Positions 32,128 to 41,915 of a stretch of 44,372 nucleotides of DNA are shown piece after piece. Made by a program: the position numbers and the translations under genes. A model generated the notes under the pieces. The model was not told where the DNA came from. It saw only the letters and a program-made list of their open reading frames with translations, and ran no database searches. Numbering within the stretch: position 1 is the first letter of the stretch; every line of letters begins with the position of its first letter. This DNA is from Candidatus Fermentibacterota bacterium (lineage in GTDB: Bacteria > Fermentibacterota > Fermentibacteria > Fermentibacterales > JCC-6), in NCBI GenBank assembly GCA_003644925.1, contig QNDS01000001.1, positions 1-44,372 of the forward strand, given 5' to 3'.

Positions 32128-34148
32128 GTCTGGACGCTGTTTCAAAGATAGAGATTCTGTGCCATTCGTTCAGAAAGGAAATGGTTCTCAATACCATTGA
32201 AGCATCTGGAAAGATACACCTCATAGATCTGTCTGAATTTGATATTCCCGAAGAGGAAAGTTTCCTTACACCTGCAAGCATTAATACAGAAGAGCTGGTT
32301 GAGGAAATTTCCGGCCTTGAGAAGGCGATTCTTTTTCTTCAGCAGGAGACAAGAGGAGAAACCTCCCCACCCGGCCCGCCGCCTTCCCTGACAGAAGATG
32401 AACTTATGCTGCTCCTGGAGGACCGGCGGCTTCTTGAGGACGCAAGAAGAGCCTGGTTCGTTGCAGTGCAGAAAGCCAAACTTGAAGGAGCATTGAAGGA
32501 ACTGCTGCAGGAAGAGCAATTTCTTCAGTTATGGCAGGACCTCCCGGTTCCGCTTGAGGAGCTCCGAAGAAAAGGCGACTGCCGCATGATTGCCGGAACA
32601 CTTGAAAAGGAGGCCATAGCGAAAGCTCATCTCATGGAGGAGGATATCCCTCTGTTCCATCTTGAGGTTGTACTTAAACAGAAAAAACTGGAAAAAGTTG
32701 TTGCCGTCACACACGAATCGGTTACAAGAGATGTAACGCTTGCTCTTTCCGAGCTTGGATTCGCACAGCAGGATTTCGGTGCACGCACAGGAATGGTTCC
32801 GGATCTGCTTGAGGCTGCCCGCAGAAAAATAGAGCTTATTCGAAAAAGAATGTCAGCACTTCACGACAGAGCAGTGGACCTGGCTCGGGAAACAGACAGA
32901 TTCCGTACTCTTCTGGATGCGGCCTGCCTGCTTCTGAAGCGGGCGATCGCGACAAGGTCCGCCTGCTCAAGCCCGCATATTTACCTGTTCAAAGCGTGGA
33001 TACGCACGGCAGATCTGAAAGAGTTCACTGAAAAAGTGGAGCGGCTTGGAGAGGTAGCGGTTGAAGAGATCAAGCCGGATTGCGGAGAAGTACCCCCCTC
33101 GCCACTGACGGAGAATACAGGGACAGCGCCCTACACAATCCTTACCGACATGTACGGCCAGCCTACCCGGGACGATCCTGACCCAACACCCTTGATGGCT
33201 CCTTTTTATGCGTTCTTTTTCGGGATATGTATAGGAGACGCGGGCTACGGGATAGCCCTTGCGCTGGGCTGCGCCGCAGGATGGTATCTCGTCCGGAGAA
33301 GACACGGTAACCCGAGGCTGTTCCAGTTGCTTTTCCAGGGGGGGCTTGCAAGTATTTTCGTTGGTATTTTTCTTGGAGGCTGGTTCGGTATACCATTTGA
33401 CAGTCTTCCCGGATTTCTTCAGGCTCCGGCAAATCTCCTTAACGGCATGCTTCCCGGTTATCAGCCGGGACAGCCCGGGCAGGAAGGATTCGGAGTATCA
33501 AAGAACTTTCTTTACCTTACACTGGCACTCGGACTGGTGCAGCTTACCGCGGGAATAGTGGTGAATCTGGTTAAGAGATGGAAAGCCGGAGAGAAATTTG
33601 CAGCGGTGGTTGATCAGTCCGGCTGGCTACTTGCCACAGCGGGTCTTTTTCCATGGCTTTTTAATCATTACCTGCTCAGCGGTGCTCTTTACGATGTGAA
33701 CGGCCCGCTTGACAAGGTTTTCGTTTATATGCTCGCGGCAGGCTCTCTTCTGATATTCATCATGGGCGGCCGCTCAGCGAAGGGATTCGGTAAGATTGGT
33801 CTTGGAGCTTATGCACTGTACGGCATTGTCAACCTTCTTGGAGACGTACTCTCATATTCAAGGCTTTTCGCTCTTGCTCTTTCCAGCGCAATAATAGCAC
33901 AGGTTATCAATCAGATAGCCGGAATGCTGCTGCATCAGGTGGGAATTCCCGTGCTTGGAATTGTCCTTGCAGTCATCGTGGTTATCGCCGGACATACGTT
34001 CAACATAGCCATGGCGGCCCTCAGCGGTTTCATCCATACGGCAAGACTGCAGTTTGTCGAGTTCTTCGGTAAATTTTACGATGGAACGGGAGTACCGTTC
34101 AAACCATTCAGATACGAACCCAGGTATGTACATATTGAAAGAGAATAA
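32124..34148 (+). CDS. atpI: V/A-type ATPase subunit I (membrane a-type subunit)
   Basis: 674 aa. A cytoplasmic coiled N-half and a polytopic C-half with the conserved LSYSRLFALALS (essential Arg) and GHTFNIAM..FIHTARLQFVEFF. Confidence 0.9.
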   Translation: MSLDAVSKIEILCHSFRKEMVLNTIEASGKIHLIDLSEFDIPEEESFLTPASINTEELVEEISGLEKAILFLQQETRGETSPPGPPPSLTEDELMLLLEDRRLLEDARRAWFVAVQKAKLEGALKELLQEEQFLQLWQDLPVPLEELRRKGDCRMIAGTLEKEAIAKAHLMEEDIPLFHLEVVLKQKKLEKVVAVTHESVTRDVTLALSELGFAQQDFGARTGMVPDLLEAARRKIELIRKRMSALHDRAVDLARETDRFRTLLDAACLLLKRAIATRSACSSPHIYLFKAWIRTADLKEFTEKVERLGEVAVEEIKPDCGEVPPSPLTENTGTAPYTILTDMYGQPTRDDPDPTPLMAPFYAFFFGICIGDAGYGIALALGCAAGWYLVRRRHGNPRLFQLLFQGGLASIFVGIFLGGWFGIPFDSLPGFLQAPANLLNGMLPGYQPGQPGQEGFGVSKNFLYLTLALGLVQLTAGIVVNLVKRWKAGEKFAAVVDQSGWLLATAGLFPWLFNHYLLSGALYDVNGPLDKVFVYMLAAGSLLIFIMGGRSAKGFGKIGLGAYALYGIVNLLGDVLSYSRLFALALSSAIIAQVINQIAGMLLHQVGIPVLGIVLAVIVVIAGHTFNIAMAALSGFIHTARLQFVEFFGKFYDGTGVPFKPFRYEPRYVHIERE

Positions 34149-34184
34149 AAACACCGCTCGCAGGCGGAGTGAAGGGAGATATAA

Positions 34185-34634
34185 GTGGAACAACTCGTAG
34201 CGTATATGGGAGTAGCCCTGGCTTGTGCACTTGCAGGGATAGGATCAGCCGTAGGCGTGGGAATAGCTGCCCAGGCAAGTACCGGGGTGATGAGCGTTGA
34301 TCCGGGCAAATTCGGAAAACTTCTTCTTCTGTCGGCATTACCTGGAACCCAGGGGATATACGGATTTGTAATTGCCTTCCTTCTCCTTGGTAAAGTTACA
34401 CCGGGCATGGATATGCATGTTTCCTGGCAGATATTTACAGCAGGCATTCCTATTGCACTTGCAGGATTGTTCTCGGGGATTCATCAGGGGAAAGTATGCG
34501 CCGGCGGCGCAATGATGACAGCCAAGCAGCCGGATGATTCCGCAAAGTCCCTTATTCTGGCGGTTTTTGTTGAGTTTTACGCGATTCTGGGATTCCTGGT
34601 TTCATTCCTAATGCTTCAGGGCATAGGAGGGTAA
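34185..34634 (+). CDS. atpK: V/A-type ATPase proteolipid subunit K (double hairpin, 4 TM)
   Basis: 149 aa, colinear with Enterococcus hirae NtpK: LPGTQGIYGFVIAFLLL, GLFSGIHQGKV, VEFYAILGF. Confidence 0.9.
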   Translation: MEQLVAYMGVALACALAGIGSAVGVGIAAQASTGVMSVDPGKFGKLLLLSALPGTQGIYGFVIAFLLLGKVTPGMDMHVSWQIFTAGIPIALAGLFSGIHQGKVCAGGAMMTAKQPDDSAKSLILAVFVEFYAILGFLVSFLMLQGIGG

Positions 34635-34641
34635 CGGGAAA

Positions 34642-35229
34642 ATGTCTCTCGAAGCAATCCTTTCAAAGATTCAGACAGAGGCCAGCGGGAAGGCACAGGC
34701 GATTCTGGAAGCCGCCGAAAAAGAGAAGCAGGAAGCCCTGGCTAATCATGCTGCAGAGCTCGAAGCAAAACAGAGCAGGGATGTTGAGAAAATCAGATCA
34801 GGTATAGAGGAAGAACTGAAAAGAAAAGAATTTCACGTTCGCAGGGAAGCTGCCAGGAAACTTATGAATGCCAGAAGAACTATGATGGATAACGCTATCG
34901 GAAAAGCGGCTGTTAACCTCGCTTCAGCCCCGGATGCGGAGTATCTTGAGATGATTACATCCCTTCTTGCGGGCTGCGATCTCAGCGGAAAGGTGGAAGT
35001 TGTAATATCCTCCGCAGATGAATCGCGCATAACTGCCGAGTACCTGAGAAAAAACTCGAAAGACGGGCGCGAATTCGTTCTTGCAGGAGAAAGGCACGAC
35101 AAGGCAGGCGGTGTGATCTTCAAATCCGGCAAGATCAGTCAGAATGGAACATTCCCGATGATAGCGGAGCTTGCGCATGAAGATATAGTGATGATGCTCG
35201 CAGGCCTCATGCAGCTCGAAAAGAACTGA
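34642..35229 (+). CDS. atpE: V/A-type ATPase subunit E
   Basis: 195 aa. A long N-terminal charged helix (ILEAAEKEKQEALANHAAELEAKQ) followed by a globular C-terminus, in the expected operon position. Confidence 0.8.
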   Translation: MSLEAILSKIQTEASGKAQAILEAAEKEKQEALANHAAELEAKQSRDVEKIRSGIEEELKRKEFHVRREAARKLMNARRTMMDNAIGKAAVNLASAPDAEYLEMITSLLAGCDLSGKVEVVISSADESRITAEYLRKNSKDGREFVLAGERHDKAGGVIFKSGKISQNGTFPMIAELAHEDIVMMLAGLMQLEKN

Positions 35230-35232
35230 CTC

Positions 35233-36207
35233 ATGACAGAGAGTTTCATTTATGCCAACGGTAGAATAAGCGGTGCGGAAACAACCCTGCTGGATCAGCG
35301 AATGTGGCAGATGCTTATGTCGTCGGCCAGTGACGAAGAAGCGCTGCGGCTTCTCGGTGATACCTGGTACGGCGGCTTTATGCAGTTCCACTCGATGGAA
35401 GAATGTTTTGTCAAAGCCATGGAAGCAACCGAAGACGAGCTCATAGAGCTTTCGGAAGACGAAAGACTCGTAAGGGGTATACTGCACCGGAGGGACGTGA
35501 GAAACGCAAGGTATATATGGAAGAGCCTCCTTTCGGGGACAGGCCCGGAGGGAGAAATAGAGATTGAACGATCCGGGCTTATCGAGACGGAGATACTCAG
35601 AAAAGCTGTTGTATCCGTTGAAGTCCGTGATGAGCTGCCGCCTCTTTTTCTGCGATCGCTGGAGGAACTTCTGGAGAACGACAGAGTCACCACCATGCAG
35701 GTAGACAGGAAAATGGACCTGCTTGCCGCGGCAGTGGAGAGAGACGAACTCGTAGAGATAAACTCCGGCTTTCGATCATTCGTCATGACCAGCATTGAAC
35801 AGAAGAATTTTCTTACAGCCGGAAGGTGCAGCGTTGACGGTGTTTCCAGGCAGGAAGTCTGCGAATTGCTTCTTCCCGGTGGATACCATACAGAGGATGA
35901 AATTGTTGAAGCTTATCAGAGGAGGATACTGCCCGGTCTGCTCGCAGAAACTCCAGGATTTGATGGAATTGTGGCAGCATTCGAGGAAGCTCTTGATGCG
36001 GGGTTCTTTCTGGGATTCGAGAAGGAATGTGACAGAATACTGCTGGAACTGCTTGAAAAGGGAGCTTTCCCTGTCTTCGGTCCTTCCCCGCTGGCAGCTT
36101 TCGTGATAAGACGTGAGATGGAAATACGCCACCTCAGGTTACTTCTTGCCGCAAAATCTGCCGGCGTAAAGGAAGACCGCTTGAAAAAGCGGCTGCCGCG
36201 CGGATAG
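35233..36207 (+). CDS. atpC: V/A-type ATPase subunit C (V0 d-like)
   Basis: 324 aa, helical. The YANGRISGAETTLLD N-terminus is typical of this subunit, and the operon position fits. Confidence 0.8.
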   Translation: MTESFIYANGRISGAETTLLDQRMWQMLMSSASDEEALRLLGDTWYGGFMQFHSMEECFVKAMEATEDELIELSEDERLVRGILHRRDVRNARYIWKSLLSGTGPEGEIEIERSGLIETEILRKAVVSVEVRDELPPLFLRSLEELLENDRVTTMQVDRKMDLLAAAVERDELVEINSGFRSFVMTSIEQKNFLTAGRCSVDGVSRQEVCELLLPGGYHTEDEIVEAYQRRILPGLLAETPGFDGIVAAFEEALDAGFFLGFEKECDRILLELLEKGAFPVFGPSPLAAFVIRREMEIRHLRLLLAAKSAGVKEDRLKKRLPRG

Positions 36208-36216
36208 GAGGCTCTA

Positions 36217-36546
36217 ATGGCTGAGGGTAAAATAGCTTTCATAGGAGACGCAGACTCGGTTCTCGGGTTCCGGGCGCTGGGTGTTGAAACAATAGTTCCG
36301 GGGAACGCAGACGAAGCGCGGAAACAATTCGCAAGGCTTGTAAAGGAGAAGACCTCCATCATCATGATAACTGAGGATATGATGGACCATCTCCAGGATC
36401 AGATAGACGAAACGGTTCATATGGCAATACCATCGGTTGTTGTTCTTCCCGGGATAACGGGTACTCAGAGACGGGGAGAAGACACGATAAGGGAACTTAT
36501 CATAAAGGCCGTCGGTGTTGATCTGATGTCCGAGGAACAGAAGTGA
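36217..36546 (+). CDS. atpF: V/A-type ATPase subunit F
   Basis: 109 aa. KIAFIGDADSVLGFRALGVE is the typical subunit F N-terminus. Confidence 0.85.
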   Translation: MAEGKIAFIGDADSVLGFRALGVETIVPGNADEARKQFARLVKEKTSIIMITEDMMDHLQDQIDETVHMAIPSVVVLPGITGTQRRGEDTIRELIIKAVGVDLMSEEQK

Positions 36547-36577
36547 AGGAGAACCCGCAACCCACCGGAGGCGACGG

Positions 36578-38347
36578 ATGACAAGGGGAACGATTGACAA
36601 GATAGCAGGTCCGCTGGTAGTTGCGGACGGTATGAAGGATGCCAGGATGTTCGACCTGGTATACGTATCCGATTACAATTTAATAGGTGAAGTAATTGAA
36701 CTTAAGGGTGATAAGGCATCAATTCAGGTATACGAGGAAACCGGAGGCCTCAAGCCGGGAGACCCCGTGACAGCTACTGGAAAACCCCTTTCTGTCGAGC
36801 TTGGCCCCGGACTGGTGACGGCCATATATGACGGGATTCAGCGGCCCCTTGATGAAATTCGCAAAGAGGCCGGCGACTGGATCACACGCGGAATCAGCAT
36901 AAGAGGCCTTGATCATAAGAAGGAATGGGATTTCGTCCCTGTTGCAGCAGTTGGTCTGAGCGTAACCGGTGGTGAGATCCTGGGTGAGGTTCCCGAAACA
37001 AAAATTATCACGCATAAAATCATGGTCCCGCCGGAAGTATCAGGTGAAATCACCTGGATGAGCGAAGCCGGTAAGTTTAATATTGACACAATTATAGCAA
37101 AACTGAAAGCTCCGGACGGTTCAACAATAGAGCTGCCCATGTACCACAATTGGCCCGTGAGAAAGCCAAGGCCGATAGCGGAGAAAAGAGCGCCGGAGGA
37201 ACCGCTTATTACAGGGCAGAGGGTCATAGACGCGTTCTTCCCTCTGGGTAAGGGAGGAACCGCCTGCGTTCCCGGTCCTTTCGGCAGCGGAAAAACGGTT
37301 ATCCAGCACCAGCTTGCCAAATGGGCGGATGCCGAGATGGTTGTCTACGTCGGATGTGGTGAACGGGGCAACGAAATGACCGATGTTCTGCAGGAATTCC
37401 CGGAACTTGAGGACCCCAAGAGCGGAGAACCGCTTATTAACAGAACTGTTCTTGTCGCTAATACCAGCAACATGCCTGTGGCCGCAAGGGAAGCAAGTGT
37501 TTATACCGGAATAACAATAGGGGAGTACTTCAGGGATATGGGGTATTCCGTCGCCCTTATGGCCGATTCCACAAGCAGGTGGGCGGAGGCCATGAGGGAA
37601 ATGTCCGGAAGGCTTGAAGAGATGCCTGGCGAGGAGGGATATCCGGCATATCTTGGAACCAGGATCGCCGAATTCTACGAACGGGCCGGTAATGTGAAAT
37701 GTATAGGAGGGGACAGGAGCGGGGCGCTGACAGTTGTTGGAGCGGTGAGTCCCGCAGGAGGAGACCTTTCGGACCCGGTGGTCCAGGCCACTTTGCGGGT
37801 TGTTAAGGTATTCTGGAGCCTCCAGGCGAAGTTGGCTTACGCAAGGCATTTCCCGGCAATCGGATGGCTGGACAGCTACTCTCTCTACTCAGATAATCTC
37901 AAGGAGTATTACGATAAAGAACTCGGCACGGACTGGGTACCGATGATAAAGGAATCCATATCCCTGCTTCAGCAGGAGGCGAATCTCCTTGAAATAGCCA
38001 GATTGGTCGGAGCGGAGTCGCTCTCGCCCGAAGACCAGCTGATTCTGTATACATCAAGGTCTCTGCGGGAGGATTTCCTGCATCAGAACGCCTTTCATGA
38101 GGTTGATACTTACACCTCGATAAAAAAGCAGAAGATAATGATGGAAGTCATAATGCATACCAATGCGGAGATGAAGAAAGCTATCCGCGGCGGCGTTTCG
38201 CCTGGAGATCTTTTCGAACTCCCCCTTAAGGAGGAGGTCGCTAGAATGAGTTACATTCCGGAAGATCGTCTCGATGATATCGAAGCAATAAAAGAACATA
38301 TAAACTCGCAGATCAACGATCTGATCGAAAAAGAGCAGACTGCTTAG
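36578..38347 (+). CDS. atpA: V/A-type ATPase catalytic subunit A
   Basis: 589 aa. Walker A GPFGSGKT, plus GERGNEMTDVL and the non-homologous insert typical of A subunits. No intein. Confidence 0.95.
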   Translation: MTRGTIDKIAGPLVVADGMKDARMFDLVYVSDYNLIGEVIELKGDKASIQVYEETGGLKPGDPVTATGKPLSVELGPGLVTAIYDGIQRPLDEIRKEAGDWITRGISIRGLDHKKEWDFVPVAAVGLSVTGGEILGEVPETKIITHKIMVPPEVSGEITWMSEAGKFNIDTIIAKLKAPDGSTIELPMYHNWPVRKPRPIAEKRAPEEPLITGQRVIDAFFPLGKGGTACVPGPFGSGKTVIQHQLAKWADAEMVVYVGCGERGNEMTDVLQEFPELEDPKSGEPLINRTVLVANTSNMPVAAREASVYTGITIGEYFRDMGYSVALMADSTSRWAEAMREMSGRLEEMPGEEGYPAYLGTRIAEFYERAGNVKCIGGDRSGALTVVGAVSPAGGDLSDPVVQATLRVVKVFWSLQAKLAYARHFPAIGWLDSYSLYSDNLKEYYDKELGTDWVPMIKESISLLQQEANLLEIARLVGAESLSPEDQLILYTSRSLREDFLHQNAFHEVDTYTSIKKQKIMMEVIMHTNAEMKKAIRGGVSPGDLFELPLKEEVARMSYIPEDRLDDIEAIKEHINSQINDLIEKEQTA

Positions 38348-38359
38348 GAGGGCGGGGAT

Positions 38360-39760
38360 ATGATAAGAGAATACACTACGACAGTAGAGATATCCGGCCC
38401 CCTGATGCTGGTAGACAGGGTCGAGGGAGTCGCATACGAGGAACTGGTTGAGATAGAGCTTCCCGATGGTGAGATACGCCACGGCAAGGTTCTCGAAATT
38501 GACAGCCAGATGGCGCTGGTTCAGCTCTTCGAGGGAAGCAGCGGAACGAGCATAACAGAAAGTAAAGTGCGTTTCCTCGGGAAACAGGTTGAACTTGGAG
38601 TTTCCGAAGAGATGCTGGGCAGAGTCTTTGACGGCCAGGGAAGGCCCAGGGTTCCATTCGATATGGCACCGCCCATCGTTCCGGAGAAGATGATGAACAT
38701 CAACGGGGCTCCCATTAACCCATACGCAAGAGACTATCCAGCGGAGTTCATTCAGACGGGCTTCAGCTCGATAGACGGCATCAATACGCTGGTCAGAGGG
38801 CAGAAACTCCCTGTTTTCAGCGGAAGCGGGCTTCCACACTCCGCCGTTGCGGCACAGATAGCCAGGCAGGCCAGGGTCGTGGGCGAAGGGGAAAGCTTCG
38901 CCGTTGTTTTCGCCGCAATGGGTATAACTTTCGAGGAGGCCGATTACTTCATCCGTGATTTCAGGAAAACAGGTGCCATGGACAGGGCGGTTGTGTTCAT
39001 GAATCTCGCCAGTGACCCTGCCATAGAGCGTATTTCAACACCGAGAATGGCTCTCACCGCTGCCGAGTACCTTGCATACGAAAAAGATATGCACATCCTT
39101 GTAATCATGACGGACATGACCAACTACTGTGATGCTCTCCGGGAAATATCCGCTGCAAGGAAGGAAGTCCCCGGAAGAAGGGGGTATCCGGGGTACCTCT
39201 ACACCGACCTTGCGTCAATTTACGAGAGGGCCGGAAGGATCAAGGGCAGAAAGGGATCAATAACACAGATCCCTATTCTGACAATGCCGGAAGACGACAA
39301 GACACACCCCATTCCAGATCTTACAGGATACATCACCGAGGGTCAGCTTATTCTTAACAGGGAGCTTCATAAGAAGGGTATCTTCCCTCCGATGGACGTT
39401 ATGGAGTCCCTCTCAAGGCTTAAAGACAAGGGTATCGGCAAGGGCAAAACCCGTGAGGATCATGCGGATCTGTTCAACCAGCTCATGGCAGCCTACTCCG
39501 CGGGGAAAGATGCCAGGGAACTTGCGGTTATACTAGGAGCCGCGGCACTGAGCCCCCTTGATCAGATGTATCTTAAATTCGCTGAAGAGTACGAGAAGAG
39601 GTACATCAGCCAGGGAGAGCACGAGAACAGAAACATTATAGAGACTCTTGATCTCGGCTGGGAGCTTCTGAAGCTTCTTCCAAGAGGCGAGATGAAGAGA
39701 ATAGACCCCGCCCGGCTCGATAAGTACTGGCCTGTCTCGGAAGATGCAGGGTCCGACTGA
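38360..39760 (+). CDS. atpB: V/A-type ATPase subunit B
   Basis: 466 aa. [30 protein letters not shown] and [22 protein letters not shown]. Confidence 0.95.
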   Translation: MIREYTTTVEISGPLMLVDRVEGVAYEELVEIELPDGEIRHGKVLEIDSQMALVQLFEGSSGTSITESKVRFLGKQVELGVSEEMLGRVFDGQGRPRVPFDMAPPIVPEKMMNINGAPINPYARDYPAEFIQTGFSSIDGINTLVRGQKLPVFSGSGLPHSAVAAQIARQARVVGEGESFAVVFAAMGITFEEADYFIRDFRKTGAMDRAVVFMNLASDPAIERISTPRMALTAAEYLAYEKDMHILVIMTDMTNYCDALREISAARKEVPGRRGYPGYLYTDLASIYERAGRIKGRKGSITQIPILTMPEDDKTHPIPDLTGYITEGQLILNRELHKKGIFPPMDVMESLSRLKDKGIGKGKTREDHADLFNQLMAAYSAGKDARELAVILGAAALSPLDQMYLKFAEEYEKRYISQGEHENRNIIETLDLGWELLKLLPRGEMKRIDPARLDKYWPVSEDAGSD

Positions 39761-40398
39761 TGGCGGTAGTTGTCAGCGCAACCCGAATGGAGCTGCTCAG
39801 TAAGCGCAAGAAAGTTAAACTTGCGCAGAGGGGGCACAAACTTCTGAAGGATAAGCTGGACGAACTCATGCGGCAGTTCAAGATACTTATCGCGGACTAC
39901 GAAGGCGCGAGGGAAGAACTGGAGAAGGAGCTCAGCGTTGCCTACGGCGAGTTCCTTTTCGCAAGGGCCGCCATGACAGAACCGGGGCTGCTTGATGCTC
40001 TCCGGTACCCCGGAGCACAGGCCAGCGTCAGTACTTCCACGAGGAAGATAATGAACCTGACACTGCCCGTATTCGAGGTAACCATAGAGGGGAACGTCCG
40101 GAATTATGGAATGTTCGATACCCCGGTCGAGCTTGATGAATCGCTGAGGGTTTATAAGGACCTTCTTCCGAGGATCATCAAGCTTGCGGAGCAGGAGAAG
40201 GCTATCAGCCTGCTTGCCAGAGAGATAGATTCGACCAGGAGGAGAGTTAACGCCCTTGAATACAAGCTGATACCAGATCTGGAGGAAGCTATCAGGGCGA
40301 TCCGGCTGAAACTGGATGAGATCGAACGCGGAAATCTGACGAGGTTGATGAAAGTAAAGACGATGGTCGAGGAAAAACGCGAAAAAAGCCGCGCCTAA
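39760..40398 (+). CDS. atpD: V/A-type ATPase subunit D (central stalk)
   Basis: 212 aa. ATRMELLSKRKKVKLAQRGHKLLKDKLDEL and RRRVNALEY. Its ATG overlaps the subunit B stop (TGATG). Confidence 0.9.
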   Translation: MAVVVSATRMELLSKRKKVKLAQRGHKLLKDKLDELMRQFKILIADYEGAREELEKELSVAYGEFLFARAAMTEPGLLDALRYPGAQASVSTSTRKIMNLTLPVFEVTIEGNVRNYGMFDTPVELDESLRVYKDLLPRIIKLAEQEKAISLLAREIDSTRRRVNALEYKLIPDLEEAIRAIRLKLDEIERGNLTRLMKVKTMVEEKREKSRA

Positions 40399-40436
40399 GT
40401 CGGACTTACCTTAATCAATTCGCAGGGCCGATCAAT

Positions 40437-40464
40437 TTGATTTCAATGTTTCTATTCAGATAAT
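40437..40464 (+). promoter_or_regulatory. candidate sigma70 promoter upstream of the secreted-paralogue pair
   Basis: TTGATT (40437-40442), a 16-nt spacer, then GATAAT (40459-40464). Confidence 0.3.
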
Positions 40465-40567
40465 ACCCGTCATATCGGACATAAATCGGGCTTGATGTTT
40501 TCATCAAAACGGCTTATTAATTATGTGTGGAAATTTGCTTTGAAATTCAAAACGGAAAGGGAAAAAC

Positions 40568-41164
40568 ATGAGATTTGTATTTGTTGTTTTACTGCTTCTG
40601 ATGGCCACACAGATGGCCTCCGCTGACATCACCGAGACCTACGGCTGGGAAGGCACGGAAACAATTCTCAGTATGTATCCGGTCGATGGCTTAATAGCTA
40701 CGATCGACACAGATCCCGTGCATGGAGGCTCGCAGTCTCTTCGCCTCGAACGTCTTTCCTCCAGTACCCCGCAGGGTTATGTAGCCTGGATCGTTGGACT
40801 TAGTGACGGCGATGAGGTGACATGCAGTTTCTGGCGGTACGATGATACCCCCGGCGTAGCTCCCTCCTGCAGAATATGGGCACACTGGAACGATGATCCC
40901 GGAGACGTTAACGGCCATGCCGGAAGCGCCAGCGGCAATACTGATTACGGTGAAGGTTTAGGCTGGGACGAAGTATCCTGGACCTGGACTGTAGTAGAAG
41001 GTCATACAGGACTTGTAATTGAAGCCAGAGTCTATTCAAACCCCGGAGACATCATCTGGGTGGATGACATGACTGTTATCGCTCCGGACGGCGCTACCAT
41101 CTGGACCCCGGGTAACCTTGCTCTGCAAAACAGCACCTGGGCCGACATAAAGGCGGCATTCTAA
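40568..41164 (+). CDS. secreted protein of unknown function, paralogue 1 (beta-sandwich/CBM-like composition)
   Basis: 198 aa. Signal peptide MRFVFVVLLLLMATQMASA. Shares blocks with the next gene: ETYGWE, GSQSL, YDDTPG, RIWAH, GWD/E, APDGATI, and the C-terminal TWADIKAAF. Confidence 0.75.
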   Translation: MRFVFVVLLLLMATQMASADITETYGWEGTETILSMYPVDGLIATIDTDPVHGGSQSLRLERLSSSTPQGYVAWIVGLSDGDEVTCSFWRYDDTPGVAPSCRIWAHWNDDPGDVNGHAGSASGNTDYGEGLGWDEVSWTWTVVEGHTGLVIEARVYSNPGDIIWVDDMTVIAPDGATIWTPGNLALQNSTWADIKAAF

Positions 41165-41229
41165 ATTTCTGTGAGTTTTTCGAAAGGAAAAGTCACACGT
41201 TTTGTTTTCTTTAATGACAGGAGATCATC

Positions 41230-41841
41230 ATGAAATTTGTTCTTTCCTTCGGCACACTGCTTCTTGTCCTTCCCGCGTTTGCACTGGCATTCCAGACAGA
41301 AACATACGGCTGGGAGGAAACTTCTACGGTTCTGGCTATCTATGGCAACGGTAATCCTGACCTTGAGTATACCTCTCCTGTTTATGCCGGATCCCAGTCC
41401 CTGGAGTTCTATGAGTCTCCACTGGGTGGAACGCCTCAGGCCATTGTATGCTGGATACAGAACCTCGACGAAGGCGACACCGTTGCGGCATCGTTCTACG
41501 TATACGACGATACTCCCGGTTCCAGTCCTTCCGGTCGTATCTGGGCCCACTATAACGTAAATTATTCGGACCCAGGTAATTACGACGGCAGCGCCGGAGG
41601 CAACAGCACCTACTCTTCCGGAATCGGCTGGGAGCAATTGTCATATGAGTGGACTATCGATGCTGATTCACTTCACGCGGGTCTCATGATAGAAGGCAGG
41701 ATTTACTCGAGCTCGGAATTCGACACCCTCTGGTTTGACCAAATGGAGGTTACCGCTCCGGACGGCGCCACGATTGTCTGGCCGAATGTTCCCGTAGCCC
41801 TTGTCAGGCGGACCTGGGCGGATATAAAGTCTGCGTTCTAG
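41230..41841 (+). CDS. secreted protein of unknown function, paralogue 2
   Basis: 203 aa. Signal peptide MKFVLSFGTLLLVLPAFALA, SD AGGAG. Alignable end to end with 40568-41164 and ends in TWADIKSAF. Confidence 0.75.
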   Translation: MKFVLSFGTLLLVLPAFALAFQTETYGWEETSTVLAIYGNGNPDLEYTSPVYAGSQSLEFYESPLGGTPQAIVCWIQNLDEGDTVAASFYVYDDTPGSSPSGRIWAHYNVNYSDPGNYDGSAGGNSTYSSGIGWEQLSYEWTIDADSLHAGLMIEGRIYSSSEFDTLWFDQMEVTAPDGATIVWPNVPVALVRRTWADIKSAF

Positions 41842-41866
41842 CAGTACCGGACAGCAATGTATTGCA

Positions 41867-41902
41867 GCGGGGAAGCGTAAAAGCTTCCCCGCCTTTCTTT
41901 CT
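41867..41902 (+). terminator. intrinsic terminator
   Basis: gcggggaagc (41867-41876), loop gtaaaa, gcttccccgc (41883-41892), followed by ctttctttct. Confidence 0.75.
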
Positions 41903-41915
41903 ATATTGTGGAATA

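Noticed and set aside
31687-32145. 152-aa minus-strand ORF covering the bactofilin-ATPase spacer and the small ATPase stalk subunit
   Set aside because: It is antisense to the first gene of a tightly coupled operon. Its translation is Cys/Phe/Leu-rich and not protein-like.
38054-38839. 261-aa minus-strand ORF spanning the atpA/atpB junction
   Set aside because: It is antisense to two highly conserved ATPase subunits and has no recognisable motifs. Long antisense open frames are expected opposite codon-biased genes.
41161-41637. 158-aa minus-strand ORF opposite the second secreted paralogue
   Set aside because: It is antisense to a gene supported by a signal peptide, an SD and paralogy. It has no features of its own.
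40568-41841. The terminal Phe of the two secreted paralogues acting as an outer-membrane beta-barrel (BamA) signal
   Set aside because: The proteins are about 200 aa, hydrophilic and CBM-like, and lack an amphipathic strand pattern along their length. The final residues (WADIKAAF) do not show the strict alternating hydrophobic pattern of OMP beta-signals. The neighbouring lipoprotein, which ends in LAGLAITY, fits that pattern better.
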